From positions 480,001 to 544,000 of the forward strand of contig JBBCJC010000002.1 in the NCBI GenBank assembly GCA_037189525.1: a stretch of DNA of 64,000 nt. Direction: 5' to 3'. Below the pieces are notes generated by a model. That model had not been told where the DNA came from. It saw only the letters and a program-made list of their open reading frames with translations, and made no database searches. Shown in pieces: positions 50,902 to 60,774 of the stretch. Both the position numbers and the translations under genes were made by a program. This DNA is from Gemmatimonadales bacterium (GTDB lineage Bacteria; Gemmatimonadota; Gemmatimonadetes; Gemmatimonadales; GWC2-71-9). Numbering within the stretch: position 1 is the first letter of the stretch; the number at the start of each line of letters is the position of its first letter.

Positions 50902-53097
50902 ATGACACGACGCTCGATCCGCGCCGCCGGTCAGCTACTGGCGGCGCTCGTCATGGCAGCCGGTATCGGCGGAGCGACGCCGGTCGCGGCGCAGGATACC
51001 GGGACCCTCTTCGTGACCGTCCGCCAGCCCGATTCCAGCGCCCTGCCCGGCGCGTTCGTGCGATCGGATCGGATCGGTAGCGCAGCCAACGACTCCGGAA
51101 TTGCCCGGCTCGAACTGCCCGCCCGCCTGGTCTCGGTCGCCGTCTCACATCCCGGTTTCGAGTCGCGGGTGTTCGAGATCACCATCATCGAGGGCGTCGC
51201 GCAGCGGTTCGAGTTGATTCTGGCACATCGCTCGGCGGAGCCTGCCGCGGCACTCGTCCATGCGCCGCGAACCGAGCGGCGCCTGGCCGACGAGCCGATG
51301 CCTGTGGTAGTGGTAGACGAAGCGGAAATGGCGGTACGGCAGCTGGCGCATCCGGTCGACCTCCGCGAACTCTTTGCCGGCCAGGGTCCGATTCGCGCCG
51401 AGGGGATCGGTGGCGTGCTCGACGCGGTGCGATTCCGCTCGGCCGGTCTCCGGGGGCAGTATACCGGCATCATGATCGACGGGATGCCGTTGCTGGGCAG
51501 TCATCCTGACGCCTTTGCCCTGGCGCAGCTGTCGCCGTTCGAGTTCGGTCAGGCCGAGTGGATTCGGGGGTCGACCACGGCGTTGCACGGGCCGATCGGA
51601 TCAGGGGGCGTCGTCAACCTGATCTCCCGCGCTCCCGAGCGCGACCAGGTGCGGGCCGCCGCCAGCCAGTCGTCGGAAAAGGGCGGCGGCGTCATGTTCT
51701 GGGGCTCGCGCCGCTTCGGCGCCGACCTGGGCGGTACCCTGTTCGGTGAGTTCCACCAGCAACGTCTGGTCGATTCGGATGATGACGGCTGGGGCGAGTT
51801 TCCCCGCGCCATTCGAATCGCCATCCGGCCCCGCTTGCACTACGATGCGCCCAACGGCGATGGTCTGACCCTCGCGGCCGGCGCCATGTCCGAAGAGCGG
51901 ACCGGGGGCTATCTCTTGGGCACGACCCCGGGTGAGCCCTTCCGCCACGAACGACGCACCCAGCGCTTCGATGCCGCCGCGACCGGACGACGTTTGCTGG
52001 GCAATAACGGGGTCCTGCGGCTCAAGCTGGCCGGGGCGTTCCGGGCCATCTCGCACCGGTATGACGAAGTCCGCGAGCGCGATCGCCGCGCCACCCTCTT
52101 CGGCGAGCTGCACTATCAGGGAAGTTTCGGCCCCACCGTGGTGCTGGCGGGCATCGGGTATCAGCGCGATGCGCTCCGTCACCGGGATTTCCCGACCTTC
52201 GATTACACCCACAGTTTGCCCAACGGGTTCGTATCCGTAACCCGCCAGCTGGGCACTTCGCTGACCGCGACCGTGGCCGGCCGCTGCGATCAGCACAGCG
52301 TTCACGGCCTGCAGTGCATGCCGCGCGCCGATGTCCTGATGCGACCCGCCGATTCGATCGAAGCTCGGGCCTACGCCGCGCTGGGCTACTCGGCCCCCAG
52401 CACCCTGGCCGACGAAGCGGAGCTGCTTGGTGCGCGGACCATGGTGCAGGTCAATGCCCGGGCCGAACGTCTGACCACGGCCGGCGGCGATCTGCGCTGG
52501 CACCGGAACGGCCTCGAACTGAGCGGTGCGGTCGGGTTCACCCGCGTGTCCGATCCCGTCCGCGTCGTCCCGGTCACCGCGGCCGACCCGGCGAGTCCGC
52601 TCCGGCTCCTCAATGTCGATCAGCCGACCCGGATCACCGCCATCGATCTGGCCGGAACCTATCGCCGCGGCGCGATGATCTACGGAGCATTCTACGGATT
52701 CCGCACCGGCAGCGAGGGCATTCCCGGTACACCGGGCCAGCGCCGGCCGGCGACCTATCTGTCACAGCATACGGCCGGAGCGCACATCGGCTGGCGGGCG
52801 CCCGCGACGGTGGGCGTGGCCGTCGATCTGCACGCCCGCTACCTGGGCAGCCAGCAGATCTCCGACAACCCGTTCCGCACCGAAGCTCCGGGGTACGGGC
52901 TGATCAATGGACTGGTGTCGCAACGCTCCGGACGCGCCCGCCTGTTCTTGAGCGCCGAGAACCTCCTCGACATCAAGCTCGCAAATTACGAATCGATCGT
53001 GATCGACCCGCCGGCGCGGGGCGAACGTCTCACCAATGTGCCGTGGATGCCGCTCCGGGGGCGGGTGCTGAGCCTCGGAGCAATGGTCGAGTGGTAG
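50902..53097 (+). CDS. TonB-dependent receptor (with carboxypeptidase-regulatory-like N-domain)
   Basis: Signal peptide, plug motifs GL.G.YT...IDG.P and EWIRG..TALHG....GGVVNLIS, AENLLD, terminal W. Confidence 0.85.
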   Translation: MTRRSIRAAGQLLAALVMAAGIGGATPVAAQDTGTLFVTVRQPDSSALPGAFVRSDRIGSAANDSGIARLELPARLVSVAVSHPGFESRVFEITIIEGVAQRFELILAHRSAEPAAALVHAPRTERRLADEPMPVVVVDEAEMAVRQLAHPVDLRELFAGQGPIRAEGIGGVLDAVRFRSAGLRGQYTGIMIDGMPLLGSHPDAFALAQLSPFEFGQAEWIRGSTTALHGPIGSGGVVNLISRAPERDQVRAAASQSSEKGGGVMFWGSRRFGADLGGTLFGEFHQQRLVDSDDDGWGEFPRAIRIAIRPRLHYDAPNGDGLTLAAGAMSEERTGGYLLGTTPGEPFRHERRTQRFDAAATGRRLLGNNGVLRLKLAGAFRAISHRYDEVRERDRRATLFGELHYQGSFGPTVVLAGIGYQRDALRHRDFPTFDYTHSLPNGFVSVTRQLGTSLTATVAGRCDQHSVHGLQCMPRADVLMRPADSIEARAYAALGYSAPSTLADEAELLGARTMVQVNARAERLTTAGGDLRWHRNGLELSGAVGFTRVSDPVRVVPVTAADPASPLRLLNVDQPTRITAIDLAGTYRRGAMIYGAFYGFRTGSEGIPGTPGQRRPATYLSQHTAGAHIGWRAPATVGVAVDLHARYLGSQQISDNPFRTEAPGYGLINGLVSQRSGRARLFLSAENLLDIKLANYESIVIDPPARGERLTNVPWMPLRGRVLSLGAMVEW

Positions 53098-53098
53098 G

Positions 53099-55093
53099 TC
53101 AGGTGCGGCGGTCGAGCTCGCGCTTGGCTTCGGCGTGACCGGCCTCCGCCGCCAGGCGGAGCCAGCGTAGGCCCTCACTGTCGGATCGCGGCACGCCTCG
53201 GCCGCGGAAATAAAACTGCGCCATCTGATACTGCGCTCCCGCATGACCGCGGTCCGCCGCCCGGCGGTACCAGGTGACTGCCTCGGTCTCGCTGCGCGCG
53301 ACGCCCTGGCCCTGCAGATACATCTCTCCCAAACGGATCAGGCTCGGGACGTCGCCGGCCTGGCCGGCGCGCTCGGACCACTTGGCGGCTGCTTCGAAGT
53401 TCCGCGCGGTACCGATCCCCTCGTACAGACGTCCAGCAATCAGCGGAAAGGCCGCTTCGTACCCGTTGTTGGCCGCCGCGAGATACATGGCCGTCGCGTG
53501 TGACGGATCGGTCCGCTCGCTCCGCCGGGCCACCAGGAACTGGGCCTGCCCGTCGCCGCCCAGGGCGGCCTGCTCGTAGAACGCCGCGGCGCGGGCCTCG
53601 TCGACCGACACACCGCCCCGTCCCTGCGCCAGGATGTCGGCGGCCAGCCGGGCCGCGCGCGCGTTGCCGCCTTCGGCCTCTTCGATACACTGGGCCGCGG
53701 CCCGCTCCCACTCCCGGCGATCGACCAGCGCCACGCAACTCAGCGTGGGAGCCGGAGGCGGCGCGACCGCCGTCGACACGGTATCGGGCCGCGTCGAGGG
53801 CGGGGTCACGCCAGGCCGAGGAGTGGTGTCGGGCCGCTGCGTGGCTACTGGAGGCGGCGGGGTCGGCTGTTGCGGCAGTTGCTCCGCCGGTCGCGGATCT
53901 GCCGGCGGCGTCTCGCTCGGCGGCGCAATGATGCGAACCGTGTCGACCGGCACCGGCGCCAGCGACTCGGATGCCGGCGGGCGCCAGATCTGCGCAGCAA
54001 TCATCACGGTTGCGGCTGCCACGGCGGCGGTGCCGATCCAGGGCGCCCAGCGCCGGAAATCGGACCTGGGCGACGTTGCTCGCAGCGATGCGGGGTTCCG
54101 GTAGTCGGGGTCCTGCAAGGCCCGCGCAAACGCTTTGACGTCCTTGAACCGGTCGTGCGGATTCTTCTGCATCGCGCGATGCAGCGCCGCCGCGATGTGG
54201 AGCGGCAGGTTCTCGACCAGGCCCGCCAGGGCGGGCGGCTGATCCAGCAACTGCTTGGTCATGATGGCCCGCGCGGTTTCGCCTTCGAACGGTGCGCGCC
54301 CCGAGAGCATCTGATAGGCGACCACCGCGAGCGAGTACTGGTCGCTGCGCTGGTCGATGGCCGGCTCACCGGTGGCCTGCTCGGGACTCATGTACTGCGG
54401 CGTGCCCACGATCACGCCGGTCCCCGTCAGCTCCTTGTCGCCCGAGTCGACCGCCTTGGCAATCCCGAAGTCCATCAGACGGACGTGCCGGTCGGGCCCC
54501 TCCAGCATGATGTTTTCGGGCTTGATGTCGCGATGGACGATCCCCGCATCATGCGCAGCAGCCAGGGCATTAGCCGCTTCGAGCACGATCCGCTGCACCT
54601 CGTCGAGTGGCAGGCGTCCCTGGCGGGTCAGCAGCGCCTTGAGACTCTCACCACGGACCAGAGGCATCAGGATGTAACAGACGCCCTCGCGTTCTCCGAC
54701 GTCGAAGACCGGTACGATGGCGGGATGCTGCAGCGCAGCGACCGCGAGGGCTTCCCGGCGGAATCGGGCCAGCAGCGATGGGGTGACGATCAGGTCGGGT
54801 CGCAGGACCTTGATGGCCAGTTCGCGCTGGAGTTTACGGTCGTAGACCGAGAAGACTTCGGCGTACCCGCCCCGCCCGATCAGCCGGCCCAGGTCGAACT
54901 GGGGGCCCAGGACCTGTTGCAGCCGCTCCGGCTCGGCTTCGTAGCTGGCATCCGTTTGGGGCGCGCCGTTCGGTTCACCGATGATCTGGGTATGCGTAGG
55001 CGACCCGCATTGCACGCAATACGCGGCATCGACGGGCAGCCGGCTGTCACAGGTGGGACACGCGCGGGTGGCGACGGACGGATCTTGGGCCAT
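53099..55093 (-). CDS. Ser/Thr (Hanks) protein kinase with zinc ribbon, TM, Pro-rich linker and Sel1-like repeats
   Basis: CPTC..CVQC, GRGGYAEV, HRDIKPEN, DFG, GTPQYMSPEQ, LGEMY..GQGV.....A..WYRRAA..G repeats. Confidence 0.92.
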   Translation of the reverse strand: MAQDPSVATRACPTCDSRLPVDAAYCVQCGSPTHTQIIGEPNGAPQTDASYEAEPERLQQVLGPQFDLGRLIGRGGYAEVFSVYDRKLQRELAIKVLRPDLIVTPSLLARFRREALAVAALQHPAIVPVFDVGEREGVCYILMPLVRGESLKALLTRQGRLPLDEVQRIVLEAANALAAAHDAGIVHRDIKPENIMLEGPDRHVRLMDFGIAKAVDSGDKELTGTGVIVGTPQYMSPEQATGEPAIDQRSDQYSLAVVAYQMLSGRAPFEGETARAIMTKQLLDQPPALAGLVENLPLHIAAALHRAMQKNPHDRFKDVKAFARALQDPDYRNPASLRATSPRSDFRRWAPWIGTAAVAAATVMIAAQIWRPPASESLAPVPVDTVRIIAPPSETPPADPRPAEQLPQQPTPPPPVATQRPDTTPRPGVTPPSTRPDTVSTAVAPPPAPTLSCVALVDRREWERAAAQCIEEAEGGNARAARLAADILAQGRGGVSVDEARAAAFYEQAALGGDGQAQFLVARRSERTDPSHATAMYLAAANNGYEAAFPLIAGRLYEGIGTARNFEAAAKWSERAGQAGDVPSLIRLGEMYLQGQGVARSETEAVTWYRRAADRGHAGAQYQMAQFYFRGRGVPRSDSEGLRWLRLAAEAGHAEAKRELDRRT

Positions 55094-55148
55094 GATGAGC
55101 CCGGGGAATCTCACGCCCCGGGTCGCGACGGGTCAAGGACGGCGGGGT

Positions 55149-57155
55149 TTAGGGACGCTGGCGCTTTTCCAGCTCCTTGGACGCTTCGGTGTGCCCCTGG
55201 CGGGCCGCCCGTTCGAGCCACTGGACCCCCACTGCCTCATCTTTGGCCAACCCGCCTCGGCCGCGGATGTACATCATGCCCAGTTCATACTCGGCGCCCG
55301 GGTGATCCTGCTCGGCGGCGCGACTGAACCAGACGGCGGCATCCTGGTCGCTGCGGGACACCCCGCGCCCCCGCAGGTACATCTGTCCCAGGTTGAACTG
55401 CGCGGCGCGATTGCCGGCCTCGGCCGAGCGCCGGTACCAGAACGAGGCTTCCTGCTCGTTGCGCCGGGTGCCCAGACCCTGTTCGTAGCGCTCGGCCAGT
55501 ACCGGCCAGGCCTCGGCAACGTTGGCGTCGGAGGCGCGGCGGAGCAGGGACGTGGCTTCCACGTCGTTCTGCGTGACGCCGACGCCGTTGGCGTACATCA
55601 CGCCCAGCCGGAACCCCGACTGAGCGTCGCCGGCTGCGAAGGCGGCGCGGTACCACACCGCTGCCAGCGAGTCCGACTGCGCCACGCCGACGCCGCGGGT
55701 ATACATCGAGGCCAGCCGCCGGCTCGCGGTGGCGCTGCCGCTTCCCGCCTCCGTGGTGCACGCCCTGGCCGCCTCGGTCCAGCGTTCGGCCGTGTACGCC
55801 GACTGGCAGGTGACCGCCGGAACCGCCGGACTTGCGGGGCCGGGAGCAGGCGCGGGCGGTGTCCCGGTTGTCGCGCTGGCCGCGGTTTGCGCAGCTGACG
55901 AATCGGCAGGTGCGCTCGCCACGCTGGCTGTAGCTGAATCGGTAACGGCGGCGCTGTCTGGCGCGGCAACAGCCGGGCTTTCCGGACGCGTCTGCCAGTA
56001 GGCAATTCCGGATGCGACCACGGCCACCGTGGCGATGGCCGCCACCGGAAGCCATCGGCGTCGCGGTGTTCCGGGACTGGTCGGGACGCCTGCCGTGGGC
56101 CGCGATTGTTCGAGGGAAGGCGCCGCCGTGATCGAGTCGAGCGTGCTGGCGCCGAGGGGCCAGGCATCCGGTCCGGCAATGGCCTCGGCAAAGGCGGCCA
56201 TCGAGGGAAAACGGTCCTTGGGTTCCTTGGACAGCGCGCGATCGATCGCGAAGGCGACCGCGGCGGGAACGTCCGGGACCATGTCCCGCAAGCTCTTCGG
56301 GACGCCCACCATCTGCTGAAACAGAACCGCCCGAGTCGAGTCGCCGTCGAAGGGCAGCGAGCCCGTGATCATCTGATAGCCGACCACCGCGAGGGAATAC
56401 TGATCGCTGCGATGATCCAGGTGCGGTTCGCCCGCCGCTTGCTCGGGACTCATGTAGTGCGGCGTGCCGACCAGCATGCCCGTGCTGGTGAGCCCGGGGC
56501 CTGAATCGCTGGTGTCGATGGCTTTGGCAATGCCGAAGTCCATCAGCTGCGCACGACGTCCCTTGCCCTCGAGCATGATGTTCTCGGGCTTGATGTCGCG
56601 ATGGATGACACCGGCGTCGTGGGCGGCGTCGAGCGCGTCGGCCGCTTCGAGCAGGATCCGGCAGGCTTCCCGAACCGGACGCGGTCCCTCCCGGGAGAGC
56701 AGTGCGCGGAGACTCTCGCCCTGGATGTACGGCATGATCAGGTAGCCGATGCCGTCGGCCTCACCGATATCGTAGATCGGGACGATGTGCGGGTGCCGCA
56801 GGGCGGCCACGGTCTCCGCCTCACGCCGGAATCGTTGCAGCAGATGATCGGAGATGACCAGGTCGGGGCGGAGGGCCTTGAGGGCCAGATCCCGCTTGAG
56901 TCGCCGATCATGTACGATGTAGACCTCGGCAAACCCGCCGCGACCGATCAGCCGGCCCAACTCGTAATTGCTTCCGAGCGACCGCTGGAGGCGCGACTTG
57001 TCCGGCGAGGCGATCCGGTCACCGGTCGCGGCGCGGATTTCCCCGGTAGCTTTGTCGATCGCCTGCGGAGTTGCGGCTCCGCACATCATGCAGAAAGCAG
57101 CGTCGATTGGAAGCGTCTGCGCGCAGGAGGGGCACGCTTTGGTGACTGTCGACAC
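55149..57155 (-). CDS. Ser/Thr (Hanks) protein kinase with zinc ribbon, TM and Sel1-like repeats (paralog)
   Basis: CPSC..CMMC, GRGGFAEV, HRDIKPEN, DFG, GTPHYMSPEQ, AQFNLGQMYLRGRGV repeats. Confidence 0.92.
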   Translation of the reverse strand: MSTVTKACPSCAQTLPIDAAFCMMCGAATPQAIDKATGEIRAATGDRIASPDKSRLQRSLGSNYELGRLIGRGGFAEVYIVHDRRLKRDLALKALRPDLVISDHLLQRFRREAETVAALRHPHIVPIYDIGEADGIGYLIMPYIQGESLRALLSREGPRPVREACRILLEAADALDAAHDAGVIHRDIKPENIMLEGKGRRAQLMDFGIAKAIDTSDSGPGLTSTGMLVGTPHYMSPEQAAGEPHLDHRSDQYSLAVVGYQMITGSLPFDGDSTRAVLFQQMVGVPKSLRDMVPDVPAAVAFAIDRALSKEPKDRFPSMAAFAEAIAGPDAWPLGASTLDSITAAPSLEQSRPTAGVPTSPGTPRRRWLPVAAIATVAVVASGIAYWQTRPESPAVAAPDSAAVTDSATASVASAPADSSAAQTAASATTGTPPAPAPGPASPAVPAVTCQSAYTAERWTEAARACTTEAGSGSATASRRLASMYTRGVGVAQSDSLAAVWYRAAFAAGDAQSGFRLGVMYANGVGVTQNDVEATSLLRRASDANVAEAWPVLAERYEQGLGTRRNEQEASFWYRRSAEAGNRAAQFNLGQMYLRGRGVSRSDQDAAVWFSRAAEQDHPGAEYELGMMYIRGRGGLAKDEAVGVQWLERAARQGHTEASKELEKRQRP

Positions 57156-57236
57156 CCTTCAAGTTTCCCCTCAAGTCTCGAGATAGGCAAGGGATGGAAT
57201 CGGATTTGCTTCCCGGCCGACCCGGAAAGCCTCGCT

Positions 57237-57293
57237 CCTATTGTATATCTATAGGTCGCTGAGGTACTCTTACCTATTGTATGACAATAGGTC
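57237..57293. promoter_or_regulatory. Two tandem palindromic boxes CCTAT-N9-ATAGG, putative operators
   Basis: CCTATTGTATATCTATAGGTC (57237-57257) and CCTATTGTATGACAATAGGTC (57273-57293), 36 nt apart. Confidence 0.7.
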
Positions 57294-57336
57294 AGCGGTT
57301 CCCACGGGGTAGCGAGACGAGAGGCGGTTCGTCGTG

Positions 57337-59943
57337 ATGGGTCTCTTGCGGAAACTCGGCGCTCTGGTCGCGCGCCGTCGGTACGAGGCCGAGTTGGATG
57401 AGGAACTGCGCTATCACGTCGAACGGGAGGCGGAACGGAATCGGGCCGGCGGCATGGACCCGGTGGCGGCCCGAGTGGCGGCTCGCCGATCGCTTGGCAA
57501 TGTCACGTTGGCGCGCGAGTCGATCCGATCGACCTGGGGCTGGCCTCGTCTCGGGGAACTTCGTCAGGACCTGGTATTTGCGTTTCGGAGTTTCCGGCGC
57601 GAGCCCGCGCTCGTGGCCACCGTCGTCCTGACGATCGGACTCGGCGTCGGGCTCAACACCGCCTTCTTCACCATCTTCAATGCGTACGTGCTGCGCCCGT
57701 TTCCGGTCGCTGATCCGTCCTCGCTCTATCAGGTTCGCTGGCATACCCGGGATCAGGCCGGCTACGGATTCAGCTGGCAGCAGTATCTCGATCTGAGTCA
57801 GCAGCCGGTCGTGCGGGAACAGTTGGGCTACCGCTATCTGGTGACGCGGATCGACGGGCAGTCCACCCGGGTCATGATGACGACCGGGAACTACTTCGGC
57901 ATGCTCGGTGTCGGTGCGGCGCTCGGTCGGGTGCTTGGCCCGGCCGACACCGAGGGCGGAGGAACGTCCACGGGTGTCTTGAGTCACGATACCTGGCGCC
58001 AGCGCTTTGGCGCCGATCCCGGGATCATCGGCCGGACCGTCCTGGTGCGGGGTCAGCCGGTGGAAATCGTCGGGGTGGCCCGGGCCGGATTCGACGGGAT
58101 CGACGACAATTCGCCCGACCTCTGGGTCCCGATCACGATGGTGGCTCGGCTGGAAAACCATCTGGCGCCTTTCGGGGTCGGTGATGGTGACCTGGTGCAG
58201 GTCATCCTTCGCTTTCGTCCCGGGATCGCGACCGAAGCCGCGCGTGTGGCGCTGAGCGATTGGCTCGTGCGGGATACCGGGCCGCGTCCCGAACCGGATC
58301 GTGTCATTGCGGCGCAGCTGGTATCGAAGGCAACCGCGCAACCGTTGACGCCATCGGTGTTGCTGACGGTCGCTCCGATTTTTCTGGCGTTCGGCCTGGT
58401 GTTGCTGGCGGCATGTGCCAACGTGGCCAGCGCGATGATTGCGCGCGGCATTGCGCGGCGCGATGAAATCGGAGTTCGTCTGGCGCTTGGTGCGGGGCGG
58501 GCACGCGTGGTTCGCCAGCTCCTAACCGAGAGTATCCTCTTGGCCGTGCCGGCTGCGCTTGCCGGGCTGGCGATTTCGCGCATGGTGCTGGCCGGAGTGA
58601 CCTGGTTCATTGCCGCGACGGTGCCCGAGGCGTTCAAATCGTTCGTCGAGCTCGCGCCCGTCGACCCCGACTACCGGGTGCTCCTCTTTGCTATCGGGAG
58701 CGCGGTGCTCTGCGCGGTCGGCTTCGGGCTCATCCCTGCGCTGCAAGCGACCCGTCCGAATACGGTGCGCTCGCCGGTGGGCATGGTATCGTCGGGGGCG
58801 CGGCCGTCGCGGCTTCGGCAGGGGCTCCTGGTGGCGCAGATCGCGATTGCGACGCTGCTTCTGATCGTGACCGGGATTCTGTTAGGCGGAACCCAGCGGA
58901 TTCCGGCGCGCGACATGGGCATCGATCCGTCGGGCGTCGTCGTGATCGACCTCGATGATCGTTTCCGGGCGGCAGCGCTGGCCCGCCTTCGCGATGATCC
59001 TTCGGTCCGGGCCATTGCCGCGACCGATCGGGTGCCACTCGAGTCGGCGTTCCGGCGGGTCGGCCTCACCGGACCGGACCGGGCCATCGTCAACGCAGGC
59101 GCGGCCGAGGTATCCGGTGGCTTCTTCGAGGCGCTGTCCCATCGGGTGCTGGCGGGCCGGACCTTTCTCGACGACGAATCGCGGAACGGAGCGCCGGTGG
59201 TCATCGTCAACGAGTCGGCAGCCCGGGCACTGTGGGGCACCGGCAATGTGCTCGATCGAACCCTTCGTATCGTCGGCCCCGGCGGGGATGGTGGGGCCGC
59301 CGATCAGCCGGAACTGCGGGTCATCGGCGTGGTTCGCGATGCCGTCACCGGGTGGATCGGAGACCCGCCGGGCCAGGCGGCCATCTACCGGCCCCTCGAT
59401 CTCGAGCGCTCCGGGCGGCTCCTCATTCGGGTCGACGGTCCGGGCAGCCGGGCGGCGCTCGCCTGGGAGCAGACGTTGACGGCCATCGACCAGGCGGCGC
59501 CGGCCTGGGTCCACCCGTTGGAGGATTCGGTCGCAGTGTCCCTCTGGCCGCTCCGGGCCGCCTACTGGGTCGGGGCCATGATCGGGCTGGTGGCGCTGGC
59601 GCTGACCTTGAGCGGGGTCTACGGCGTGCTGGCCTTTACGGTGGCGGTACGGACCCGGGAACTCGGCGTGCGGGCGGCTTTGGGCGCCAGCCGGAGGAAT
59701 GTGGTCGGCCTGATCGTCGGCGAGAGCGTCACGCTGGGCGCGGTCGGCGTGGCCGTCGGTGCAGTGGTGGCGGTCGGGATTGCCCGATTCACGGCCGCCC
59801 ATGTCGAGGGGGTCGAGGTGCTCGAACCGCTGGCGTATCTGGGCGGGGCCGCCGCGGTGCTCCTCGCCTGCCTGGCCGGGGCCGTCCTGCCTTCCCGCCG
59901 GGCGGCTCGGGTGGAACCGCTGACCGCGCTTCGGGCGGACTGA
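57337..59943 (+). CDS. ADOP-type duplicated ABC permease (no adjacent PadR)
   Basis: ELDEELRYH prefix, QDLVFAFRSFRR.P, ACANVA, EIGVRLALGAGR, PSRRAARVEPLTALRAD. Confidence 0.9.
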   Translation: MGLLRKLGALVARRRYEAELDEELRYHVEREAERNRAGGMDPVAARVAARRSLGNVTLARESIRSTWGWPRLGELRQDLVFAFRSFRREPALVATVVLTIGLGVGLNTAFFTIFNAYVLRPFPVADPSSLYQVRWHTRDQAGYGFSWQQYLDLSQQPVVREQLGYRYLVTRIDGQSTRVMMTTGNYFGMLGVGAALGRVLGPADTEGGGTSTGVLSHDTWRQRFGADPGIIGRTVLVRGQPVEIVGVARAGFDGIDDNSPDLWVPITMVARLENHLAPFGVGDGDLVQVILRFRPGIATEAARVALSDWLVRDTGPRPEPDRVIAAQLVSKATAQPLTPSVLLTVAPIFLAFGLVLLAACANVASAMIARGIARRDEIGVRLALGAGRARVVRQLLTESILLAVPAALAGLAISRMVLAGVTWFIAATVPEAFKSFVELAPVDPDYRVLLFAIGSAVLCAVGFGLIPALQATRPNTVRSPVGMVSSGARPSRLRQGLLVAQIAIATLLLIVTGILLGGTQRIPARDMGIDPSGVVVIDLDDRFRAAALARLRDDPSVRAIAATDRVPLESAFRRVGLTGPDRAIVNAGAAEVSGGFFEALSHRVLAGRTFLDDESRNGAPVVIVNESAARALWGTGNVLDRTLRIVGPGGDGGAADQPELRVIGVVRDAVTGWIGDPPGQAAIYRPLDLERSGRLLIRVDGPGSRAALAWEQTLTAIDQAAPAWVHPLEDSVAVSLWPLRAAYWVGAMIGLVALALTLSGVYGVLAFTVAVRTRELGVRAALGASRRNVVGLIVGESVTLGAVGVAVGAVVAVGIARFTAAHVEGVEVLEPLAYLGGAAAVLLACLAGAVLPSRRAARVEPLTALRAD

Positions 59944-60125
59944 CCGGTCTCCCCTGTCATCTGGCGGGTGGCCCGCCCCCCCGCTTCCGATGGTCGAGAC
60001 TGGCCGATTTCCGGTCTCCCTCCAGTTGGTCAACTTGAGCCCCGCGGGATATATTAGAGGGCTGTACCATTCGGGACCCCGCCGAGCGCGGGGCATCAGC
60101 TACGCTCATCAGGCGGTTCGGGTTC

Positions 60126-60692
60126 ATGGCAATTGTTGCAAGCAGCATGCGGCGCGGCATGGCGATCATGCATAACGGCGAGCCCTGTCGGGTTCTCGAT
60201 TTTCATCACCACACGCCGGGCAACCTCCGGGCGCTGGTGCAGGCCAAGTTGCGCCGGATCAAAACCGGGGTCCAGTTCGAGCATCGGTTCCGGGCCACCG
60301 ACAGCCTCGAGCTTGCGCAGCTCTCGACCCAGGAACTCGACTTCCTGTACAAGAGCGGCTCCACGTACCACTTCATGAACGCCGAGACCTTCGATCAGCT
60401 CGAAGTCGAAGAGGACGATCTGGGCGACAGTGCCAAGTGGATGACGGACGGAATGCGAATCATCGCCGAGTTCTATGAAGGTCGGCCGATCGGGGTGCAG
60501 CTGCCCAACTCCCTCACCTTCGAGGTGGTGGAAACGGCTCCGGTCATGAAGACGGCGACCAAGAACGCGTCGAGCAAGCCGGCCGTGCTCAACAACGGCA
60601 CCACGGTCAACGTGCCCGAGTTCATTCAGATCGGTGAACGGATCCGCGTCAATCCCGAGTCGGGCGAATACCTGGACCGCGCCAAGGACTGA
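60126..60692 (+). CDS. efp: Translation elongation factor P
   Basis: 188 aa. R.GM.I..NG, TPG loop, FLY..G..YHFMN.ETFDQ, KPAVL..G..V.VPEFI..GE.I.VN...GEY..RA. Confidence 0.95.
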   Translation: MAIVASSMRRGMAIMHNGEPCRVLDFHHHTPGNLRALVQAKLRRIKTGVQFEHRFRATDSLELAQLSTQELDFLYKSGSTYHFMNAETFDQLEVEEDDLGDSAKWMTDGMRIIAEFYEGRPIGVQLPNSLTFEVVETAPVMKTATKNASSKPAVLNNGTTVNVPEFIQIGERIRVNPESGEYLDRAKD

Positions 60693-60717
60693 TCGTCGAT
60701 CGCTCCGCACGAAAATA

Positions 60718-60754
60718 CGAGGGCCGGCACCGCACGACGCGATGCCGGCCCTCG
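60718..60754. terminator. Bidirectional terminator-like hairpin
   Basis: CGAGGGCCGGCA / TGCCGGCCCTCG between convergent efp and lipoprotein genes. Confidence 0.65.
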
Positions 60755-60774
60755 GTGCATTGCGGGGTCGAGGT

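Noticed and set aside
57237..57293. Mini-CRISPR array (repeats 36 nt apart)
   Set aside because: Only two 21-nt imperfect copies with a 15-nt gap and no cas genes. Better explained as operators.
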